A DNA stretch of 64,000 bases from Gracilinanus agilis (Eukaryota): the NCBI RefSeq assembly GCF_016433145.1, contig NC_058130.1:140685372-140749371 (forward strand). Reading direction: 5' to 3'. Numbering within the stretch: position 1 is the first letter of the stretch; the number at the start of each line of letters is the position of its first letter. Below the pieces are notes generated by a model that was not told the DNA's origin, ran no database searches, and saw nothing but the letters and a program-made list of their open reading frames with translations. Both the position numbers and the translations under genes were made by a program. Shown piece after piece: positions 1 to 11,200 of the stretch.

Positions 1-640
1 GGGGAGGGGAGGGGACGAGGGGGGTAAGGGTGGGACTAACGGGAGGGGAGGGGACGGAAGAGAAGGGGTGGGCCGGTGAAGAAGGACGCCGGAAGAACCA
101 GGAGCTGGGGGAGGGGGAGGGGCGGGGGGGAAAGGCTGCACTGTGAGCTGATTCTGCGCACGAGCACTAGGGGGCGGGGCTGGCTAGAGAGCGCACCAAG
201 AAAAGAGAGCGGGCTAGGCCCGAGGCAGCTGGGCTCGTCAGTGCGCACGAGGAGCGGTAGTCTTGGAACGAAGCATAGCTGCGGAAGAGTGGGGCTCAGG
301 ACTTCAGCTGAGCCCGCCAAGAAAGGAAGATGGGAAGATGAGACTACTGAAGAGACAGACGTATGCGTCTCGTGCGTGCGCTAGAGAAGGGGCGGGGACT
401 AGGCGGAACCGGAGGCGAAAGAGGTGGAGCTGGGGGAAAAAACAGGGGTGCGTGCCTGGAAGGAATAGGATTGGTCAACAAGGAGAGTGTCTGCGCGTGC
501 GCAGGCCGCCTTGCCAAAGGGAAGAGAATCCCGTTTCCCCAACCCCTTTCCCCACTCTGGCTCAGGGTGTTTTATTCCTCTAGGGGTCCAGAAGACTGTT
601 ACAGTTTTGGAGAAGCCCCCAGTACCCAGGAGGAGCCTGG
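1..640. promoter_or_regulatory. CpG-island promoter of the plus-strand HhH gene, probably bidirectional
   Basis: CpG-rich. Contains GC boxes (ggggcgggg near 172 and 389), ETS/GABP-like ccggaag (~90), NRF1-like tgcgcgtgcgca (~492-503), reverse CCAAT (attgg ~470) and G-tract runs at 1-130. Lies directly upstream of the ATG at 645. Confidence 0.75.
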
Positions 641-644
641 AGCC

Positions 645-2256
645 ATGGGCCCGGACGGGAGCCTCTATGACTGTGACAACCCCCAAATCTGGAAGGCCGT
701 GCTGGGCTGCTACAAAGAGGCGGTCAGAGCCAAAGAGGGCAAGTCCCGGAAACTTGTTGCTTTGGATGCATGGTGAGCCAGGCCAGCTGCCACCAGAGCC
801 TGCACCTCATTCTTAATTCCTCAAGGGTCCTGGACGAGGTGGGAGGCGAGGGGAGAGGGGAGGAGGCTGGGGCATTTCTCTGGCTCTGAAAGAAAAAGCA
901 GTCCTTACAAATACCCAAGTGTCAGTCCCTGCCCTCAACTCTACAATATTCTAGAAGAAACATACCCTGTGCTTAGCACAATGCTTGGTATATAGCAGGC
1001 TTTTGATAAATTGCCACTTTGGCTGACACATAGCTGGGAAAGGAAGTGATCCTGGGAGTCCCAGAGATATCAAGTGGAGCGGTGAGGCAATCCCAAAGCC
1101 AGATGTGGAAGGACATGTGGATAGGGTGTTAAGTGTGTTTGTTAGTAGTAGCAAGGCAAATGGCAGGATCCTGGGGAGGCCTTGTTATCCTGATAGGTAG
1201 CTGAAAATGATGTGCAGCGTAATCCGAGGCCAGCTATTCATAGTGGATCTGTTAAATTTGCTCTGGTCTACCAACCAGGACGACTCAGCCCCAGAATAGA
1301 GTTCCAAAGCAGAACAAATTTCCCCAAAGAGAGTGGGATAAGAGTGGAAAGAAGAGAAGGGGAGCAAGCTTCAGGGAAAGTGGCAAGATGTCCTCCCAAG
1401 CCTTGTCCCTGGTTTTTTGGTGGGCAGCTAGACGAGATTTGAGGTCTAGTTGCATCTCTTCACTTCTCCCTGAGAACCTGGACCCTAGGAGTATCCATTT
1501 CCAGTATTCAAAGAGGCCCTGGTATCTAGGGGATATATCCTAATCTCTAAAGGGTCCAAGACACAGGAACTCCATCTGTAATTGTATCTAGCATCTTGCT
1601 GTAAAGCAATTTAGTGCTGTACCCTGAGATCCAAGGGCTAGACTTTGGAAAGTGCTGTCCCAAAGGATCAGTGATCTTCACTGATCCCTCCCTATCACCA
1701 CTACACACACATATCCCTTGCTTTGTAAGTGGACACCTGTTTCAGGTATCAGGAGGAGCTGCCAGAATCTATAAGAGAGAGAAAAGAGAAATACTTAACT
1801 CGAGATGAATTGGTGAAGCTGATGGACTGGAAGCTGACGGTAAGCTCTTTCCCTATCTAATTGAGATTGCATCTGTGGAGATGGGCACAAATTCAGATAG
1901 AAAAGGTGCAGAAGAAACTCTTAGGGTCATTCAGACCAGTGACCTGATATGGTCCTCTCTACTATCCTATCATGGCCTTTCTCCAATTTCCAAAACTCTT
2001 CCTTCCCCCCAAATTAAATTACTTTATTTTATCTAGCTCTGCCTCTTTTGCTCCTTCTCTCTTTCCCTCTCTTCCCTCCCCCCTTTCCTTCTTCTCCCCT
2101 CCCCTCCCTCTCTATATATGAAAATGATGTGCAGCATAATCTGAGGCCAGCCAGTCATAATGGGTCAATTAATTTTGCACCAGCCTACCAACCAGGACAA
2201 CTCAACCCCAGAATGGAGTTCTAAAGCTGAATGAATTTCCCCAGAGAGTAGGGGTA

Positions 2257-2298
<42 letters not shown>

Positions 2299-4457
2299 AT
2301 ATTCTTGCATATACATAAATACACATGCACACAGTTACTTGTCTCCTTCAATGGAATTTAAACTCCTTGAATACTGTAACTGTTTCATTTGTACCCAAAG
2401 TGCCTAGGAAAGCAGGCACTTAATATTTGCTTGTTTATGTTCACTGATAGGTTACTGTATCAACTTTTCTCCCCTAGAAAGTTAGAAGTGGAATACTATT
2501 ATTTGAGAGATTTTAGAGATTATGGCCCAACCTCTTCATTTCATAGAGGCAGAAACAAACCCAGAAAGGGGAAATGGCATCCAAAGTTAGATTAGTGCCA
2601 GATTTACAATTGGTTTCAGGTCTTCCAATTTCCACCCTAGTGAAGTCAATCCCCAGGATTTGTTCCCAGCCAAGAGCTCCGTTTCATTCAATGACTTGGA
2701 GATTTTTAAAACCTATGTTTGTGTCCCTATGTTTCTAAGACTTTGGAGTTTGTTGTTTTTTTTTTAACCCTTACCTTCCATCTTAGAATCAATACTGAGT
2801 ATTGGTTCCAAGGCATAAGAGTGGCAAGTGCTAAGCATTTGGAGTTAAGTGACTTGCCCAGGGTCACAAAGGAAGTGTCCGTGGCCAGATTTGAACCTAG
2901 GACCTCCCACCTCTAGGGTTGGCTCTCCACCCATGGAGCTACTTAGCTGCCCCTGGATTTCTGTTTGAAGTTGGGAGTAAGGGTTGCATTCTGAAAACTG
3001 AGAAGTAGAGAGGTATTTCTACTGAAAAAAGACCTGGGTTTCTAAGGAAAAGAGATTAGAGCATGTAATTGGTCTAGAATGTGCAGTCAGAAGACCTGGT
3101 CATGAACCCCAATCTGACAGTTGTTAGCTGGGTGACGGCTCTTGGGATTTCTTGTTCTGACCATGTGCTCCTCCTTCTGCCCCTATCATCCCCCCACATA
3201 CTCAGAGGGGCCAGTTCAGACCACGACTGCAGAAGTTGGTGGCCACTAATCCGGAGGAGCTGGTAAAGCAGTGCACCGCTGCAGCGTTCTCTCTGCTGCC
3301 CAACGTGGAAGCTGCCATCACAGAGCTGAACCAGCTTAAGGCCGTGGGACCTGCCACTGCCTCTGGTGAGAGAGGAAGAGGAGGAGTAGAGCTGACAGTG
3401 TGATACTTTGTAACTTCCTCCTTAGAGCTGAGCCCTGGGGCTCCTGGGTTAAGGGAAGTCTTAGGGTGTCATATCTGACATCCTGGCATCTGCCTCTCCT
3501 GCTCAAGCCAGGAGGCTTCAGCTCAGTGGATACAAGTGGGACCTAAACTGACTGATACAGATCAAGCAAGGGCACTTGTCCCTCCTGCTCTCCCGGAGGC
3601 TGAGGAATGTCCCCTCCCTCTCCAGCTGCCTCAGGAGACCAGAATCTGACCATTTTAATCAGTTCAGTTTGGCATTTTTCTAACCTATGGCCAAATTCAA
3701 CCTGATGCTACTAAGAGACTTCTTCTGTTGGAGCAGATCCACCCAGCAGAAGAGATGACTTAGAGGTTATGGGGAACTTGCTTAAAATACTAGGGGATAT
3801 TCAGGCCCTAGGTTCCATGGAAGGGATGGATGAGCCTAGACTGGAGGATCCCTTGCTTTCTCTTTGCCCAATCATGATCATGTTTGTTCCCTTCCCTCAG
3901 CAATCCTGACAGCAGGTGCCCCAGAGACCACAGCATTCATGGCAGATGAGGCCATGGCTGCTGTCCCTGACCTCCCAGTGCTACAATACACTATCAAACA
4001 TTATATCCTCTACCTGGACAAGATCCGGGCCTGTGCTAGGAGACTGAACCAAGGTAAGAGCTAACTGCTGGAAGTATGTATATACCACAGTAGTCTAGGC
4101 CTGGGACAGGCTGACCAAATGTCTGCTCCCAGAAGGTTGGGGAATGACTAGGCCTAAATGTAGTGGGTTACGGAGTCTCAGGCCTTTGGGCTGGGAGACC
4201 CTCAGCAGAAATGCTTGGTTGGTTTAAATAGGCCCCAGAGTTGCACATTCATCTTCCCTTCTCCTTGGGCTTTTCTCATAGTTGATGCTTCATCAGAGTG
4301 GACTCCTCACCAAGTAGAGATGTGCCTCTGGACCTGGACTGTGGCCCAAAGACTGTGTCCCACAGTCCTGCCCCACATTTCTTGGAAAGCCCCCAAAGTC
4401 AGGGAAGGTGCTGAAGATGTCAGACCCTCCAAGAAACGAAAGGCTAGTATTCACTGA
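645..4457 (+). CDS. Uncharacterized 236-aa HhH-GPD DNA-glycosylase-fold-like protein (resembles my recollection of zebrafish zgc:112496)
   Basis: Exons 645-772, 1746-1839, 3206-3365, 3901-4053, 4282-4457. All introns are GT-AG, phases are consistent, total 711 nt, ATG in gccATGg Kozak context. Protein: MGPDGSLYDCDNPQIWKAVLGCYKEAVRAKEGKSRKLVALDAWYQEELPESIRERKEKYLTRDELVKLMDWKLTRGQFRPRLQKLVATNPEELVKQCTAAAFSLLPNVEAAITELNQLKAVGPATASAILTAGAPETTAFMADEAMAAVPDLPVLQYTIKHYILYLDKIRACARRLNQVDASSEWTPHQVEMCLWTWTVAQRLCPTVLPHISWKAPKVREGAEDVRPSKKRKASIH. The gene model is firm; the function is inferred. Confidence 0.88.
1203..2254 (+). repeat. Diverged ~135-bp direct repeat (1203-1337 and 2120-2254) flanking exon 2 of the HhH gene
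   Basis: The two copies align nearly gap-free, about 80-85% identical by eye. Confidence 0.85.
2260..2297. repeat. (TG)n microsatellite
   Basis: About 19 perfect units. Confidence 0.95.
2754..2953 (-). mobile_element. Marsupial tRNA/CORE SINE (SINE1_Mdo-like)
   Basis: Reverse complement of ggggcagct..gctcagtgg..gaggtcctaggttcaaat..gtgaccctgggcaagtcactt..aagggtt(A)n. Confidence 0.85.
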
Positions 4458-4569
4458 TCCTGGACATCTATATGCTGCACCCACAGAGAAATGCCTCAAG
4501 CCACAGTCTGAAGCCAGACATCCTCTACTCCTACCTATGGGGCTCAGGGCAGAGTTGCCACCGACACCC

Positions 4570-4575
4570 ATTAAA
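4570..4575 (+). terminator. Candidate poly(A) signal ATTAAA of the HhH gene
   Basis: ATTAAA about 113 nt after the stop codon. Confidence 0.4.
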
Positions 4576-4724
4576 GTGCCTACTGTCCTGACCTCATCTG
4601 ATTCTCTCCCAGGCAGGCATTGAGCTTGGAGTTAGAAAGATGGAATGTGTGGCTTCAATTCCACCACTAAATTCCCCTTGGGAAAGTCACTTGAATAATG
4701 TGTGGGGTTCTTTTTACACATACA

Positions 4725-4915
4725 CACACAATTTTCTATCTTAGAATTGGCACTAGGTATTGGCTTCAAGTCAGAAGGCTGATAAGGCAGTTGAAGTTAA
4801 GTGACTTGCTCGAGAGTTAAGTGACACAGCCAGGAAGAGTCTGAGGCCACATTTAAACCCAAGACCTCTCATCTCAAAGCCTGCCACTATCCACTGAACC
4901 ATTTAGCTGCCCCTG
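4725..4915 (-). mobile_element. Marsupial SINE between the convergent HhH and RHBDL1 3' ends
   Basis: Same consensus, more diverged. Confidence 0.75.
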
Positions 4916-5536
4916 ATCTGTGCAGTTTAATAATATCTCCCTGTTGTGTGGAGTTCCATAGACCAAGGCTCCCAGTGCTTTGTTTTCTCTTTTCCTGTAC
5001 CTGGTATAGAGGGATATGGAGAATTTAATAGTATTAACTGCGTAGAGCAATGATTTTCAGAGAGAAATCAGAAGGAACTTAGTTTTCCAGAGACAAAACA
5101 CCTGCTCCTGGAGCCTTCCTGAATTTAGCAATGAGAAGACTATGGGTGCTTAGAAGTTGGTGGGACCCAACTTTAATCCTTCTTGTGGGATTTCAGGGAA
5201 TGAATGGGGTGGGCCCTAGTGGCTCAGCAGCTCGTAGCTAACCACTCTGGAAGGAGGTGTAAACAGCTTCCTAATTGCATTCACACATGAGCCTAAATTA
5301 GGATGTGTGAGGAGGGAAGTCTTAACAGGCCTGAAAAGTTGTTGGGAAAGACCAGAAGCTGAAAATACCAGGAGGAGATCCCAGGGGATTTGCCTTGGCC
5401 TCCATCCCAGCAGCAGGGCTTCTGGAGGAGAGGAAGAAGGGACAGAGAAGGTCACTTGAGCAGTGTTGGGGGGCAGGCCTGGAGCTGAGAGTGGCGTTCC
5501 ACTTTGAGACTGCTTGGCCAGCTGCTGTGTAAAATA

Positions 5537-5542
5537 TTTATT
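5537..5542 (-). terminator. Candidate poly(A) signal AATAAA of RHBDL1
   Basis: tttatt on the plus strand, about 700 nt downstream of the RHBDL1 stop. Confidence 0.55.
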
Positions 5543-6240
5543 CATACTCCAAAAAGGCTCAGACAGCAAATCCATCAAACTGGCTCTTTGCTCTGGAGGC
5601 TATGAGGCCTCTATTCTCCTCCCCTGGATACTCTCCTCTGGATACTACTCCTGACTTCCATCAGGCACATCCCCCTCCCCACCTTCCATGGGGCAGCCTC
5701 AAACCATGGCTTCCTTAGTGCTAGGAAGTCTTGGAAGAGGATTTAGATCCAGGACCAGTGTAAAGTTTGAGAGGCCCTGAATTCAGTAGCTTTTAGGGCC
5801 ACGGAGCTGAAGTCCCTGTGGCAACTGGGGAGAGTTAGAGAGAAAAGAGCCAGCTGAGGGAAACTGGTGGTGAGGGAGCAGGGGAGCCCCTGCCCTTCCC
5901 AGGCAGGTGAGCACAGGGGTTAGGAGTGGGAGAAGCAGCTTTAAAACATACATTCAGTAGAGAGTGGACATGCAGGCCCACACCTGGAGGTCCTGCCAAG
6001 GGGGGGCTGTGCCCTGACTAGCCTGCACACAAAGTCACATGCACGCACCTGCATGCCCAGCCCAGCCCAGAATCCAGTGGGAAGTTGGCACCTTATGTAG
6101 TTCTTGTTACCAGAGAACCAGGCTTGGGCACTAGACCCACCTCAGTCAGGTTCACGTCGATAGGGAGAAATAACAACCGCATCCTGGCTGCCTGGCAGAT
6201 GGTGGCACCAGAGTGGCAGTGTTGGCACTTTCAAAGGGTT

Positions 6241-9200
6241 CTAGGGGGGAGGCAGGACCTGTGCCCCCAGCAGGTCATAGGCGAAGATGTTCCAGAAGAT
6301 GGCAAAAAGGAGGAAGGTGGCATAGGAAAGCAGCACCACCCACCAGCCACACTGGTCCTGCAGGTTCTCTTCATAGCTTCGGAGGATGGTCAGACCCATG
6401 CTGATGCCCACGACGGCGCCCGCCAGATGGGCCATGAAGCTGGGCTGAGGGCCTGAGGCAGGCAGGGGCGGGGAGAAACGGAGCCAGACAGCTCGGCCCA
6501 CCTCTGAGCTCACTGTGTTGGGGGGGGGGAGCAAGATGTGAGGATGAAGGAACCCCTGGGGCAGCCCCCAGCCTGGCAGGGCCCGCTCACACCTCGGGAC
6601 ATGGTGGGTGCCCTCGGAGACTCCTAATGTGGTCATCTAGTGAGGAGTGATGCTCCAGGGGGCAGTGCCTGTCTGTGGCCAGACCTTCCTCCCTGCTAGT
6701 CATTCACTGTTCCTCCTTTATCTGCTGCAGTTGGGGGACAGAGGAACCCTATGGACCAGGCTCAGAACCTGTGAAGGGATGGGGGCTTCCTCAGGGCAGG
6801 GGAATGCTGTCCTGACCCCAGTTCAGCCCTCCCCACTCCCTTCCTCCTATCCACACCCCTGGGGCTGGCCAGTACTCACTGCACACCAGGGCCAGCACCA
6901 TCCTTAGCAGTTTGTATGGGCAGCGCATTCCGGCCCAGTTCTAAGAAGAAGGAGCATCTGGTCAGGGTTTGAACCCACTCTAATGACTCAGGCCATAGTG
7001 TCAGTGGGGATGCAGCTGGCCAGATTTTTCAAAACCCTCAGTGCCTCTTCCCCTCCAGCCCATGGCAGAACCTCTTCTTACCATAACAACATTGGCCAAG
7101 TGGGCAGAACAGAGGGCATAGACGCCGCCTGAGCCCCCTACCACAGGGGCCCGCATATCCGTGATGGAGACTGTCAGAGAGCCTGGGGGAGGAAGGGAAA
7201 GGAATGGGATGTCGAGCTGTCCCAGCAAGATGCCTCAGGAGAGAGTGGCTTCCCACTCCCCACCTCACCTGCCAGCACACCAGCCAAGTAGAGGAAGCCT
7301 ATCCGAAGCACCCCATGCACCATTTCCAGGGGCACGCCGATCATGAGCTGCAGGAGAGCATTGAAGCCCAGCTGTTCCAACCTGGACGGGGGAATAGGAC
7401 ACTGGTCAAAGCAACAGGACACTGACAGAGCATCTACCACAAAGTCCTGGAGCATAGGGAAGGCAGAACACCTCAATGATGTCACAGCATCACTACCGCC
7501 TTATTGAAAACCCACATCTGCCCAAAGCCCTGTACTCCAATGTGGGAGATCCCTTCCCTGCTCTCTAAAAGCAAAGGGAGGAAGGACTGCTCCAAAAGGG
7601 AATACTAGGTTCTAACTCCAGCTCTGCCAGGCACTAGTTTGAGGAATAGCCCTGGGGAGTCCCTTTTCCTCTTTTTCTGGGCCTCTGTCTCCAAGTGGCT
7701 GGGAAACAAGCTTCATCCCTACCTGGCCTGCTTTATGTGCTCTAGAAAAGGAGGTACGAACTTAAGAGACTATTTCCTCAGAGTCCCATAGCTCTTGGGG
7801 GAAACTTTGGACACGTTTCTTTCTGTCAAAAGCCCTTCCGTTTACCTGCATGAGATTGAAGCTGATCCCCTCTTACCCGACATGCATGAACATGTAAGTG
7901 AGAAATCGCCAGGCACGGGCACGGTGGCCAGGGTGGTACACCAGAGGACTCTTCATATACTCAGGGTGGTAGGTCTGCAACACCCACTTGTTCAGCCGAG
8001 CCCCATAACACAAGAACACAATGATCTGGGAAGGACACTTTATCTCAGTCTGAACCCCTGAGGCAGTAAACAAGGAAATCATTTTAGGGCTGAGAGTGGG
8101 GTGTCTGAGGCTACTACCTGTGTGAGTGTGACAGTAGCCATGAAGACAGGGGGTGGGCAGGTTCGGTGCTGGTAGAAGTACCATCGGCGGTCCATCTCAC
8201 AAGGAAGGATCTCATAAGCCACATAGCGCACAAAACGCTTGTAGAAACCAAGGCCTGGTTCATCTAGCAGCCCATCCCGGGGCAGGGCACGCTGCCCATT
8301 GGTGATGGCCCGCTTGAAGCTACTGGAGCGTTTGCTGCTGATCTACCAGGGAAAAACAGAAAAGGGCCCCTGATATCCAGCTTAGAAACCAGTGCCAGAA
8401 ACCTTGGGGACACAAGGACCACTTGAGAGAGGGAGTGAACTATTTTGGGGACCAAATTTCCAGGTAATTTGCCACCATTTTTGCTTTTCGTTCAAGATTA
8501 TGATTAATTGAATTATCTACCATGTACAGCACTTTTTTTTAAATCCATACCTTCTGCCTTAGAATCAATACTGTGTATCAGTTCTAACACAGAAGAGTGG
8601 GAGTTAAATGACTTGCCCAGGGTCACACAGCTGGGAAGTATCTTGAGGCCAAATTTGAACCCAGGACCTCCCATTTCTAGGCCTGGCTCTCAATCCACTG
8701 AGCTGCCCTCCCCCAACACTTTCCACCTTGGGCCCACATGCTTACTGTCAAAGACAATGAATAAACACTTGGACTTAAGCCCTCAAGGGAGATAAGGGAA
8801 ACCATCATCACCCAGCACTACTCCTAGACTCAGAGGAATGAAGGATTTAGATCTGGGAAGAATGATGGAGATTTTCTAGTCCAACCCATCCATCCTAAAG
8901 ATGAGGAGACCAGAGAAAATAAGTGACTGATCCCAACCACACAGTAAAAGTAGGATCTGAAATGATGGCCATTGACTCCAGAGCCAATATGCTTTCCAAA
9001 TCTTCTGCTGCCTGTTTCCTGTGCCAAAATTCCACCAATCATCTCTTTCAGACTGACCCTTGATGTGAATTATGCCCATTTTCCCCAGGTAGAGTGATAA
9101 CATGACTACAATAAGGTGGTCTCCCTAAATACCCCTCTACTAACACCCTAGAAGCAAGATCCAGGGGACCAATGGGAGCAGAGGTCACAGGCCTGAGGCC

Positions 9201-10910
9201 CCTGTCACTGACCAGGTCTACCAGCTCCTGGTAGCAGATCTGTCCTTGGTCATTGCTCTGGGCCAATGCCACCAGCATATCCAGTTTGGCAGGGTCCAGT
9301 GGCAGCTCATGGCTGTGCACCAGGCCAGTGAAGCTCTCGACACCAATGAAGCCAGTGTTGTCTGGGTCCAGCTGCTGTAGATAGAAAAGCCCAGGAAAGA
9401 GGAGGAAAGTTGAGGCCCAAAACAAGGAAGCTGGGGTCAAGACCAGCATTTTTCAGACCTACCCACCTTCATGTACACATCAAAGAAAGCTCTGGGATGG
9501 CAGGACTGAGATGAGATGGGATGGGGAGAAATCTATCTCAGACCCCGGACATCTTATTTTTCTGAATCTAGTAACCCATGAATAGTGAGAACTGATTTTC
9601 CATGCCAAGGGCAGAGGACCTCCTGACCCTCCTGGGGCCTGGCTTTCCTGGGCTTCTTCCTTTTCTCAAGTCTCAGGTGACCTCCACTTGTGTTCCCACT
9701 GGCAATTCAAAGGCCCTCATTCTCTGATCTTGCCCCAGGCATCGAAGGGAAGTGCCACAGGAACCTGTCCTATGCTGCCTTGTTTATTGTCTCTATTGGT
9801 CAGAGCAGGGAGAAGGAAGCCGCAGGTCCATGGGCCTCTTGTGCAGGCTAGTTGTTTTATGATTGCTAAGAAACAACTATGTTAAATTCCTGAATTGAAG
9901 GAGCCTGCAGCTCTACCCTTTCTTTTTAGGGAGGCGACTGTCTTCCCATTTCTGAATGTTCTCAAATTAGGAAGCTGCTAATACATTTGCTAGACAACTA
10001 TATCTGTTGCCCGACAATCCACTATTGTCAGGAACGCTTGCTGAGGTCTAACCTGTATCTTCATGCTATTTTAGGTCAGAAAACAGTTGGATACAACTTT
10101 CTGCCCCTATAAATCTTGTTTAGACTCACACTGATATTGAGTCCCCCACGTCTTCCATCCTAAGGCCAGACAATCCTTAGGGGGCAGAACAGCTAGACAG
10201 GTGATACAAGGTGGAAACAGAAAGCAGGGATGGAAGAGAAGGGCCCTTTGCTCCTGGCTCCCCAACCACACCATCACTGACTCTGGCTCTGACAGGCCAT
10301 CAGACCCGCAATCCAGCATTCCCTGGTCTGGGAGGGGAATTCCATCTTTCCCCTAATTCTCAGCCCCAGGGGTGTCCCCCGCCCCTGGCACGTCAGTGAG
10401 GGAGCTGAGCTCACAGGTCCGCGGGGGGCCTTGGAGGTCAGGGTGTCCTAGGGGTGGGGCAAGGGGGTGTCCTGTCGGAAAGGAGACAGGCACAGGGGTG
10501 TGGCAAACTGTGGCTCAGCCAGCCCGCCCCCCCCTACCCCGGCCGATCTGGTTCCCTGGGGAATCCCGCCCCAAGGAGGACTTGCACCCTGGTCTGGAGC
10601 GGACAGCGCACGGCTCCCGGAATCCCTGGGAAGGGAAGGAGAGCAGCCCTAACGGGGAGATGGCGAGACGCACCTTCAGGCGCCCGCCCAGCCGTTTGGT
10701 GCAATTCTCTGGTCCGCCAAGTTCTAGCCCCTGGCCGCAGCTGCAGGCAGTACATACGTCTTTCTGCATGCATGTGGAGGGTGCGGGGATGGGGGAGATG
10801 GGGAGTGCGATCTGTGCGGGAAGCCCAGCCCAGCCCAATCTGGCCCCGGCCAGCGCCCGCGCCCTCCGCACCTGCTCTTGGATGAGCTGCAGCAGGGAGC
10901 TCCTGTCCAT
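6241..10910 (-). CDS. RHBDL1: Rhomboid-related intramembrane serine protease 1, 373 aa
   Basis: Exons (5'->3') 10910-10872, 9374-9213, 8342-8118, 8025-7877, 7381-7269, 7182-7082, 6940-6880, 6512-6241; total 1122 nt, all GT-AG. Starts [17 protein letters not shown] and contains [10 protein letters not shown], catalytic GGSGG and AHLAG, ending [10 protein letters not shown]. Confidence 0.96.
8533..8710 (-). mobile_element. Marsupial SINE
   Basis: Same consensus. Confidence 0.85.
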
Positions 10911-11200
10911 AGAGCTGCCCGGGCGGGGGGGCGGCTGCTCCGCGGACCCGGCGCTGCAGCCCCGGCCCCGGCCCCAGGCCCAGCCCCAGCTCCGTTCTGC
11001 TCTTCGCTCCGGCCACCGCCACCGCCACCGCCGCACTCCCGCCCCGGCCCCCGCTAGTGCCGCCGCTGCCGCACACAGGGGCCAGCGCGTCACGGAGCCA
11101 CCACTCCCCTTCCCCCTCCCTCTCCTCTCCTGGACACACACACAGGCGCGCGCGCACACACGTACGTCCCACCCTTCCCTCCTCTCCCTTCACCGCTCAC
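10400..11200 (-). promoter_or_regulatory. CpG island over RHBDL1 exon 1 and promoter
   Basis: Very GC- and CpG-rich, with ccg/gcc repeats around the RHBDL1 ATG at 10910. Confidence 0.7.

Noticed and set aside
36-816. Several ORFs of about 100 aa in the left CpG island
   Set aside because: GC-rich promoter artefacts; only 645-772 is supported by splice and phase continuity.
9375-9449. In-frame upstream ATG giving a hydrophobic, signal-peptide-like N-terminus for RHBDL1
   Set aside because: The hydrophobic stretch is just the translated polypyrimidine tract, and there is no promoter evidence.
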